Source of the DNA: Antedon mediterranea
Lineage: Eukaryota > Animalia > Echinodermata
Direction of reading: 5' to 3'
Length of the DNA stretch: 64,000 nt
Assembly: GCF_964355755.1 (NCBI RefSeq)
Contig: NC_092676.1
Location: forward strand, 10,083,888 to 10,147,887
In this document: one piece after another, positions 49,001 through 61,000 of the stretch
How the letters are laid out: each line of letters starts with the position of its first letter
Numbering within the stretch: the first letter of the stretch is position 1
Position numbers and translations under genes: made by a program
Notes under the pieces: generated by a model
Database searches by the model: none
Seen by the model: the letters and a program-made list of their open reading frames with translations, nothing else
Told to the model about the DNA's origin: nothing

Positions 49001-52000
49001 CAACCATTACCGACCAAACGAACATTATCACATGTACACAAATAAGTTACAAAAGTAATCAAAAAACAAAATCAGAGACCGACTAGAAGTAAATAAACCA
49101 ATATATAAGGCTTTATACAGTAGGACCATCTTATACAGTTTGTCAATCAACTAAAATAAAAAGGAAATGAATATCACCAAATCTTTGATTTAGAGATTAT
49201 CAGAAAGCATTTGACTCAATAAAACAGGCATTACCATATTAGAGGGAAATATTATACCTCAACAAATATTGATTACGATCGTTCAAAGAGAAGTTAAGGA
49301 AGATTAGTAAGACAAGGCGACACTTAAGATCTTCACTGCATTGGAAGAGGTGTTTAATCAAAGAGCTAATTTTAAAAATAGAGTAAATATCACTTTAAAG
49401 ACAAAATAAACAGTTAATTTAACCAAAATCACAATAGTGGCGTTCACATCGCACTATGGCTAGTTAATTTAAGTAGATTATCTACATGATCTCGCCATAA
49501 TTTGGATGTGAACGCTCAATTATGTCCGGATGATGTTTTTTTTCTGGACAATTATTGCTGCTTGGATTTAGAAGTAAATCCAAGGATAGCCAGTTATTTT
49601 ATGAGGGTAATCCAATTAACAACCCAGCGGGTGGCCTTTAGCCTCATTTGCACCAATGAAATTGAAGAATTTTTTAACCCATTTCATTTTCATATTTAAC
49701 ATTTGAATTGCAAAGAATATGGTCATTCTTCATTGTGTACCCCATAAAATGTCCTAAAAAATTAAATGAACTATGTCTGACGAGGACAGAGGTCTAATAG
49801 ATATTAGAAGATGGTAGGCCTAAAATATTTACTATACTGAAAAATAGAATACAAAATTTAACACAGAAAGTAAAATGACCAATTGTTTGTAATCAGAAGT
49901 TAAAAGTAAACAACATACGGGATAAATAAAAGAAATAGATGATTTTTTTTTACATAGAATAGCATTTAAAATCTCCAATACCAGGATTTTATGAAATTTA
50001 ATTAACTAGACATAATTGTACCAAAGAACGGGATTTGTCAAGGTTTGTCCATTTAGTAGAAAATTGTTAAATCCACTTCTTCTAGACATAGTACCATGTG
50101 AACCCCACTATTGACTTCCAGCCTATTTTTTGCTTTGAATTACAGTTTTTTTGGGTATGCACTATATCATTTTTTTTCAATCCAATTTTTGGTGAAACTA
50201 TTATGTGTGACATTAAAATTGCATATTCAACAAAAATATTTGTCAAAATTACTTTTGTCAGGGGGAAAATAAGTATATCTTTAATAGCATGTGATATTAT
50301 TAGCAAATATTTCAAATGTAGTTTTAAAACTTTCCCATTACAAACAATTGCCATAATTCTGATAACATTACAATACACCCATCCTCTGGGACTTATTTTC
50401 AAATGTAGCTAAAAACTTTCCAGTACAATTCCGGTCATTTTGATGTGTATAGATGCATGCAGTAGCATTGGAAAAGCGTGAGAGGGGGAGGTGGTTGGGG
50501 TGATGGAGAGACATATTTTTTACATGTTTGTCTACACTATAAACTAGTTTAACAAAAAAGGTGTGATGTGCCCAAATATGGTAGTGATATGTCATTCATC
50601 GTGTCCATATATGGGCACATCACATTTTTTTGTCGCATAAAAATGTTATAGTGTAGACAGAGTTTAACATTTGTGTAACATGTAACAAAAATATGTGTCT
50701 CTCCATCCACCCCAACCCCCTCCCCTCTCTCGATCTCTTTTTATAGATTATTAATTGCTAAATATATGCAAAACGATTGGTCATAGCTCAAAATGACATT
50801 TCCAATTGAATTCTGACAAAATATTTTGTTAGAGCAAATATAAATGTGTATATTATAAACAATTTGACACCAAACTGAACTTTTTAGGACAAATAGTTAC
50901 CGAGATATTGACATATTCAAACATTAGAGGTTAAGGGTCAAAAAAGCTTAATTTATGGTAATTTTTTGAAAAAAGTTTCTATTAGACTAAATATTAGATT
51001 TATTTTCTTAACATTTTGAGCCCATTCTCAAATCTCTGAGATTGCGTGTTATTGAGATATTAGGCAATCAAGGTCAAAGGTCAAACTGAAAAATAAAGCC
51101 TTTGCGGCCATTTTTGTACAATTATTTTCATTATAGCGAATATAAATATATATCTTCCAAGCATTTTGAAAAAAAAATAAATGTAAAATGTCTCTGCGTT
51201 GTCAAGATATGGCGATTTTTAGTTATATAATAGAAAAATATAAAAATTGAGGTCAGAGGTCACAGAGGTCAAATCAGATTTCCAGTAACTTTGTTTTGGC
51301 ATCTCCACACTATACTCTACCAAACTGCTATACTGAAAAATTTGTATCCAGTCTGGTAACATCCCACCCCTTTTTCTCCCCTTGGGACTGGACTATATGG
51401 GGCGGGCGGTATGTAAATATGGATTTCGAATCGACCAATGATGATTTTGTTTCAAAATGAAAGAGATCGAGTACGTAGGCCTACCAGTGCTTAATGTACG
51501 ATCGAGACTGTTGAAATATAAAATAGTAATGCCAAGTTGTTTTGTTTTATTAATTGTTTAGTCCTTGGCCTAGGCCTCTTTCGTAGGTCCTACTCAACTC
51601 GCACGTATGACCTGCCAAATAAAACGCCAATGAAGTAGGCCTACATATCACCGGCACACAACAGGGCTACACCACCACACAGACAGAACAGGACAGGGTT
51701 TTGGTGGGAATTAAATCAAAATTATCTCCGCGTAATAAATGATCCATTCAATGTTTGATTTGCGGAGAAGCTAGCATATCATATATCAAGACGAGTTTTC
51801 ATGTTTCAAAGATCCCATCAAATGTTTACCAGACTACTAGGCATATAAAATAATTTCTAGCCTTCAGACTTTCATAAATGTACCCAAGTACACATTGTCT
51901 AACATAGCGCATGCGCATCATCTTAGTTATTGAGTCTTTGAAATTCTGAAATATGAATATTTAAACAGTGTACGAGTGAGTAGCCAATCGCATGCAGCTG

Positions 52001-55000
52001 AAACTAGTCAACCGGATAATCGTATGCACCAAGAATTCTTGGTGTCAAACCACGTGACTTGTGCGTGTTTCCCCAGACGGAGTATCCAAAATCAAGTAGT
52101 ATACGTATGAAACGCCATATGTGCCAAAATATTTATCTTTTAACTAATATTAAGACAAAACTCCGTCTGGAACCCAGACTACGTTACTAAATACTAGATA
52201 TATCAATTTATATTTCAGATAAAAGTTAAAAAATCGTCGGTAATCTGAAAGAAATCTATTTTAACAGTACGGTGTTTGAACCATGGGAAACGCTATGATA
52301 ATCTCTTAGATAAGCAATTCTGGCTATACATAATTAATTTTACATGAACATTATCAGAACACGATTGCATCGTTAAAAACATTTTTTTTTTAGCAAGAGG
52401 CACATTAATTTAGTTTTTGAATGGATAAAATTGATGCAGTATTTACAGAGTTACGATTTTAGCCGGTTGTTTTTCACTCATTTATCGAGCTGTTGAATGT
52501 TTTGTTTGCACCCCCTAACCCTGCAACGATGATATGCACCTTATTCACGTACTGTTTTTCCATTCGACCGTATTAAGCTTATACTATACTATATATATTT
52601 ATTATACTATACCAGCCAGGGAGTTGATATACTAGCCTGAGTAGGTTATTAAAATAATGCAATAGCTAGCTTATTTTCACAATGAATGTACCATATTTAG
52701 TTCTAGGCCCAGCTAGTTACTTTTTACTAGGCCGGCCGGCATATTGATTGTGGTCGATTTATGTTATTCCTAGCTAGCTAAAAAGCCATCGAATTAACTA
52801 TACTTTACTGAATCCCAGACTTGGGCCTAGCCTCTGTAACTAAACACCATTTTTAATTTATTATGGTGCGTTAAAACAATCGTAGCCTAAAATTCCTTTT
52901 GGTGAATGAGATTCTATATAACAACAAACAATGTTGATTGAAAATCATAATGTCCATGCAATCACACATGTACACCATGAATTTTCTCCTCCATGATGAG
53001 CACACACATGTTTTGGGCGATTTCTGTTGGATCATTCCATTATGTAATAGGAAGACACATATATTCTACATTTTTATTAAATAATATTGTATGGGTTTTA
53101 CTTCTTCTTTTATTTTAAATTTAATATAACGCACACACTTTTATGCTTTTATTTATTTCCAAGGACATTAATACTAATCAAAGCACTTTCAGAATAATAC
53201 TAGCACATTTTATGATTCACTCACTAATGGAAAAAAACCAAAGGGTAAACAAATAGCAGAGGGAATTGGCAACTAAGGTGGAACAGCCTGTGTTTTTAAA
53301 GCTTGATACAAAAAAACGTCCCTACTTCGTAAAATGCTTAATAGGGCACCGATTTTTTTCATTCAAAAGCTATTTTAATTAACTAAATCATTATAGGGAA
53401 TTTAATGTACATATACTGACTGAAAAAAGTACAAAAATTTATTCAAAGTTAGTAACAGTACAGATGCATGGCCTTAGACTTATTGTTAATGGAATCCCTG
53501 CTGTGTGTGTAAACACATTAAACCACAGGGTGTGGACAGGGTGCACAAAATTTTAGGCGCATGTATCTCAGTTTCCTATGCGTTATAATTTCCAGCCATT
53601 AAATAAATTTCCCACGATGTAAACGAACGTAGAGACACGATCCAACAAAATGACTAGGCCAACTTATAAAAATAATATAGCGAACGTCCAGTCGATCCAG
53701 AAACGATCCCGACAAAAAAAGATCGTCAACCATTTTCATTCTAAATATAGTATCAGAACGTTCAGTCGGTCGCTCAAAAAGAGTGCCGACAGAAGACCGT
53801 AATTAATACATACCTAGTTTTTTTTTGGTCACATGGCATGAAACACGATACTCTCTGTTTACCGCAACCTCTCACATGTTTTTTTTTTTAACATCGGTAC
53901 CAGGGGTGGCTAATTACGTGTACCTGGATTTTGTGTCTCATGACATGAAACGTAATACTCTCTTAGCTGCTCTAAACTGTTCCCGCGATTCACATGTTTT
54001 TTTCCCTCCATCCAAATTCTAGTCGGGCATTTTCTTTAATAATTTAAAAAAAGGCATATCTTAAATCTTAACATGGAATATATATTTATCTTGCATATAT
54101 TTTGTTGGTGTCCTAGCCTAGGTGTTGTTTTATTATAATTCGCTAACCCAAGGTAGTGTAGACCGCATTATTATTACATTGCAATGTTGTTTACGGGCTG
54201 TGTGGGGCCGTATCAAGGGAATCCCCACAAACAAGAAATCGCGTTTGTAGCGATATTGTACGCATTGTTTTTGTATATTTTTCCGTAATTCGGTAAGGAG
54301 TATAACTCCATGCATGGAGTTTCTCCATGGTAGGCCTCCTCTAGAGACTGGCCTCCTCTAGAGACCAGGCCCTAGTACCAAGGTTTAAAAAGTAATTTTT
54401 ATGTAAAGTACGTCTTGACAAACGGCGGGCGTGTGAAGAACAATATACCGTTATCTGGAAATTTAATACTCAATGAAGGAATCGTACAAAAGGCCAAACA
54501 ATAATGCTGCTCAGTCAAACGTTCAATGGGGCAGAGCAACATGCCAAACGTGAATAAACGCGTCCAAACGTGGTTCCCCCAAATGGTCTGCCAAACGCGT
54601 CTTTACGACCTTTGTCGTAATGCAATAGCAAACGTGCCTGAACGCGTTCTTGTCGTTTGAAATAATTTACCGAAGGCGCCTTATTCAGAAATACAAAAAC
54701 CTACGACGTGAATAATTGTTCGTATAAGGATAGTGAAAAGAAAATATACAGTTTAGTATGTAATTAGGCAACAAGTCCCTCTAAAACTTAGGTGTGTGTG
54801 TGCTAGGCCTACTGACAGTCAGTCACATCCAGGCTAGCAGTGACTGTAACATGCATTAGCCTCGAGGCCTACACGCACCTACTTTCCACCACTCCGTTCG
54901 CGAACTCCGCACGCTGTGTAAATGGGAAAAGTCAAGCGGTTTTTCGCTTACCGTTACCGCTCGTCTGTGTAAATTGGCCTTAAGAGGTCATTCCTTTTAC

Positions 55001-58000
55001 AGTTGTCTAGTTCTGTCACACATTCATTTTCTGAAAATTGATGATCTAATTCTAAACCTAACTGTTTACATACCTCACAAAAATATGTTACTTTTGTCTT
55101 AAGTTCTTCATTTGTTTTCTTGTACAGTTTTACTGAATAAGGCTTTCTTGTTTTAGTTGTTAAACTGAATCTGAAAAAGAAAATAAACAAAAAATGTTTA
55201 CTATCAAAACAAATATTGTTTATAATCTAATTATTAATTAAATTGCAAATTTCATTAAAATTGAGCAGACACTACTATTGTATTATTCCTTTTGCCGGAC
55301 CATTCCATTTGTCGTAAGGTGTTCATTCTTGGTATATATTAATATAGTTACACAGAAACAGAAAGTTCCAGGCCACTTCCTAGACAAAGATTGAATCGTC
55401 CTTGTGAACGTTTCTTGTGGTCCTTGGTTCGGACCCTTGTCAGTAGTTCCTCAAATTTGTCAGATGCATCTGGCATTATGTCATACTCATCTTCTTGAGC
55501 ACAGATGATGTCCTAGAAAAAAATTTATTTAAAGTTTAAAATCATCAAAAAATCAAATAAACATTTCTTTTGTATTTTCACAGGCTCCAAACTATAAAAG
55601 TAAAATGTTTGAAGACTTTATAAAAAAAACAGGGGAATATTTAAAATAGAAATATTATATAAAACAACAGCCTAAAAAGTGAGCTAAAAATGAGAGGATG
55701 GTCATCCAATATGGATACTTGCAATCTGCTAATCAGATACACAATTTTGAAGTGAGTGAGTGGCCGAGCGGTTAAGACAGTAGAACCGTAATTACGTAGC
55801 CATAACATCGGCATGGATTCGAGACTCTCGGATAAGGACTATAAACCGTAGGTCCAGTGTACACATCTAGCTCGTGTGCACTTTATTAAAGAACCTACAT
55901 AGTAAATCTTTTGAGACGAGTAGGGGGATACCTCAGGAAAACCAGTCTTTGACTGAAGAGGTTACCCAGTATAAATATATATATTTTAATTTCAGTAACA
56001 CATCTAACCAAGTAATATTAGCAATGACATTAGGGGGTGGGTTACTATTTTCAGGTGCCTAATTTAAGATTAGTAATAGTAACCCACTACTCTAATAGTG
56101 ACCCCCCTTCTAATACTAATCCACCCTAAAAAACAATCAAAGAATAATAACCCAGGGTTTTAATTAGAAGATTTACGGTATACAGTTTTGTAAAAAAAAT
56201 ATGTTGCTCCTGTATGAACCAATGTGAATGAAAGTTATACAATAACAAATATTATTGTATTGTTGTATATTTATAATTCCAAGACTAATATCATTATTAT
56301 TATCTGCACCTAGAGACTCATACCTGGTAGAATTTAGAGACATCAAAGTTTTGTCCAGGCAACTTCAAATGCATCAAATCAATCTCAATTCCAATAGAAT
56401 TAAGATCGTTTGCTTTTGTTTTTGCTTGACGTTGAAACGCAACATTGTCCGCATGCGGATTATCATTGTTTGTGAACAGCAGAATACGTTTGTGACCAAG
56501 TTTCTGTGTACTGAAATATAACAGAGTATTTATTATGTGTATTTGCAAGAAAAATACATACTATAAAAAGACATACAGTGGTTACTATCTACTGTACTAA
56601 ATATCATCATATAAGGTGCTATATTTTGTTTCAAAATTCCTCCAAACATATAGGGCACTTTTAAAAAAAGTAAATAATTAACAGTCAATTTAAACAATTT
56701 TAGTTTTAGGGATATTAATAAGTATATACCATAACAACAAAATATTGAAAGTTTATTATTGATTTTTAGGGGATTATATCCCAACATCTTTGGGACGCAT
56801 AATAATAATATTTATTGAAGATACACCATTACAATGGTGGCACACGTTTATATTTGGTGCACTCTTAAAAATAAATATGGACAATTGGACAAACTTATGT
56901 ATACAGATTTATTTAAATGTATAGCTTTTTTTATTTGGGAAAAATCATTTTAGAGGTCTAAAGGGGTCGTGCTATGCATCGAGGTTAGGCCTTTTTTACT
57001 TCTTTGTAATTTCCTTGAAACATTTTTATACTAAAACTGTTTAAATTTTTTTCAATACTTTTTTTAAAATTTTCTGCTAAAATATGATCTGTGCCATGTT
57101 TCATTTTCAACGAATAAATCTTAAACGTGTAAAAATGCAATCTGTACATTGAAACACAACGTACAGTATTGATGTCAAGCTACACAGAGCAAGTTTTACC
57201 TATACATATACAGAGGTTGTCAAAACTGCCTAATATTGCATTTACTCACCATTGTGAGAACATATTTGAGCAACACCACAATGCATCACTGACAGAAAAT
57301 GAACTGCTGTGACCATACTTTGTTTCAAAACCATTATTGTCATCTAAAACACACAAAAAAAACGATGTGACACGATCAGGTTGCTTTAACTTGATCGGTA
57401 AAAACACACATGCAATTGCAATAAACACCATCACACTTTCAAAAGTGCTAGTACATGTGTTTTGACCCACAATCGTCCAATCGAATGACAATCTACATTG
57501 GTGTAGATTAAATTATTGTCAATGTCAGTATGTTGACTGTAATATGTTGACTGTAATATGTTGTTGACTATATATGCTGACTGTAATATGTTGACTGTAA
57601 TATTTTGACTGTAATATGTTGACTGTAATATGTTGACTATAATATGTTGACTGTAATATGTTGATTGTAATACATTGACTGTAATATGTTGACTGTAATA
57701 CATTGACTGTAATATGTTGATTGTAATACTTTGAATGTAATTATGTTGACTGTAATATGTTGACTGTAATATGTTGACTGTAATATGTTGACTGTAATAT
57801 GTTGATTGTAATACATTGACTGTAATATGTTGACTGGTAATACGTTGATTGTAATACATTGACTGTAATATGTTGATTGTAATACATTGACTGTAATATG
57901 TTGATTGTAATATATTGACTGTAATATGTTGATTGTAATACATTGACTGTAATATGTTGATTGTAATACATTGACTGTAATATGTTGATTGTAATACATT

Positions 58001-61000
58001 GACTGTAATATGTTTTTTGTAATACATTGACTGTAATATAATATAATGTAATATACATATAATATGTAATGTAATATCTTGTATGATAATCTGTCCTAAG
58101 TCACGGAGGATTCAATTGAAACCTATTATTACTATTAATGGCAAAAGCTTAGAATATGTGGACTCAACCACATATCTTGGTCATGTTATATCCTTGGATT
58201 TATGTGATGAGTTTGATATAAAGCGGCAATACCGATCTTTGTGTATCCGAGCCAACTCCTTGGTCAGAAAATTTAGTATGTGTTCTATCAATGTGAAATG
58301 TGTTTTATTTAGAACATATTGTGTAAATATGTATTGTGCTACATTATGGTGCAACTATAATCAAGGTACCTTGCGATCTCTCCAGGTATGCTACAATAAT
58401 GGTTTAAGAATGTTGTTGCAAAGGCCTCGACATTGCAGTGCCAGCCTCATGTTTACGGAATGTAGAATTCCCTCTTTTTATGAATTGTTAAGAATATCAA
58501 TATATGGCCTGATGTGTAGACTTAATGCAAGCAAAAATATTTTAATCTCAACGATTATAAGCAATGTCTTAGTTAAGTCGAAGATGCTCTCCAGATGGAA
58601 TGCCATCCTGAGATGAGTAGTAGTAATTTTGTTTATTTTATTTATTTCATTTATATGTAATTTACTTTCTATGGACCAGAGTTTCCGAAATAAAAGATTG
58701 AATAAATGAATGAATATGTTGATTGTAATACATTTACTGTAATATGTTGATTGTAATACATTGAGTGTAATATATTGAGTTTAATATGTTGATTGTAATA
58801 CATTGACTGTAATATGTTGATTGTAATACATTGACTGTAATATGTTGATTGTAATACATTGACTGTAATATGTTGATTGTAATACATTGACTGTAATAAT
58901 TATGTTGATTTTAATATATTGACTGTAATATGTTGATTGTAATACATTGACTGTAATATGTTGATTGTAATACATTGACTGTAATATGTTGATTGTAATA
59001 CTTTGACTGTAATATGTTGATTGTAATACATTGACTGTAATATGTTGATTGTAATACTTTGACTGTAATATGTTGATTTTAATATATTGAGTGTAATATG
59101 TTGATTTTAATATATTGAGTGTAATATGTTGATTTTAATACATTGACTGTAATATGTTGATTGTAATACATTGACTGTAATATGTTGATTTTAATATATT
59201 GACTGTAATTTATGTTGATTGTAATACATTGAATTTAATTTATGTTGATTGTAATACATTGACTGTAATATGTTGATTGTAATACATTGACTTTAATTTA
59301 TGTTGATTGTAATACATTGACTTTAATTTATGTTGATTGTAATACATTGACTGTAATATGTTGATTGTAATACATTGACTGTAATTAAACTGTAATTATG
59401 TTTTCTACAATATTCCTTACTAGTTAAGTATGATTCAAGCTCCAAAATCCTAGCTGCACTTGGTTGTTCAAGATCCTAGGAACAGACAAAAAATACAATT
59501 ACTAGATCACCCCTGACTGCACTGTGTTAATTAAATGTTACTAAATAAGATTTTATTAATTAGTTTCATATTTATGGGTCGGCAAATGTATTTGTGAAAG
59601 AAAATAATTGGTACTTTGCATACGATTTTTACAGCGGATGATTTTTTTTTTTAATAAATTTGAAAAAGTAAGTTTATACAGTACAACAGGGGACACATAA
59701 CTAAGCCAAACTTGCAGTCAATATGTTCCAAGGAAGATTAATATCTTAAAGGCACTACAATATTTACAGTAGATTAAAAAGTATATCTACATACTGTACA
59801 GTACTTAGGGGACACAAAGTATACCTTTAATATTTGGGGTTAGTTGTAGAATTAAAACATAGTGTACATGTACAGTAGTTCGTTCGAAAAGTGTCCCCTT
59901 AATAGAGGTATTCCCAAATAATATAACTTCTTAATACAGTAACCTAGTACTGTACCTGTAAAACAAATATGTGCTTAAAATCATTTTTATTTTGATGTTT
60001 ATCAGTTCCAAAGAATACAACACCAATCAGATCTTTATCACTGCTTATGATCTTGTTGCTTAACACACTACGTGCACACTGAAATAGAAAAAAATATATA
60101 CACATTATGTCACACTAAAATAGAACACAATACACACACTACATACACACTGAAATAGAACAAAATACATGCATTATGGGAACACTGAAATAGACCACAA
60201 TACGCACACTACATACACAATGAAATAGAACACAATACATGCATTATGGGAACACTGAAATAGAACACAATACGCACACTACATACACAATGAAATAGAA
60301 CACAATACATGTGCATTATGTGAACACTGAAATAGAACACAATACGCACACTACATACACACTGAAATAGAACACAATACACACACTACATACACACTGA
60401 AATAGAACACAATACATGCATTATGGGAACAATGAAATAGAACACAATACGCACACTACATACACACTGAAATAGAACACAATACATGCATTATGGGAAC
60501 ACTGAAATAGAACACAATACGCACACTACATACACAATGAAATAGAACACAATACATGCATTATGGGAACACTGAAATAGAACACAATACGCACACTACA
60601 TACACACTGAAATAGAACACAATACATGCATTATGGGAACACTGAAATAGAACACAATACACACACTACATACACACTGAAATAGAACACAATACATGCA
60701 TTATGTGAACACTGAAATAGAACACAATACGCACACTACATACACACTGAAATAGAACACAATACATGCATTATGTGAACACTGAAATAGAACACAATAC
60801 ACACACTACATACACACTGAAATAGAACACAATACATGCATTATGGGAACACTGAAATAGAACACAATACACACACTACATACACACTGAAATAGAACAC
60901 AATACATGTGCATTATGGGAACACTGAAATAGAACACAATACATGCATTATGGGAACACTGAAATAGAACACAATACACACACTACATACACACTGAAAT

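Larger units (their letters stand above)
47922..51395. mobile_element. Academ-like DNA transposon nested in B
   Basis: TAG...CTA termini (tagtccagtccc / gggactggacta); long imperfect TIRs including ccaaaacaaagttactggaaatctgatttgacctctgtgacctctgacctca; 3-bp TSD tat. Confidence 0.82.
47079..54680. mobile_element. Harbinger/PIF-like element B nested in A
   Basis: ~40-bp TIR ggcgc(a/c)ttcggtaaattatttcaaacgacaagaacgcgtt; TSD TTA (47076-47078 and 54681-54683). Confidence 0.82.
46765..54980. mobile_element. Harbinger/PIF-like non-autonomous element A (outer shell of nest)
   Basis: Perfect ~36-bp TIR aggccaatttacacagacgagcggtaacggtaagcg; TSD TAA (46762-46764 and 54981-54983). Confidence 0.85.

Noticed and set aside
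57431-58975. Repetitive ORFs (ITVNILQSTYYSQ...)
   Set aside because: Translations of the 14-bp minisatellite, open in several frames.
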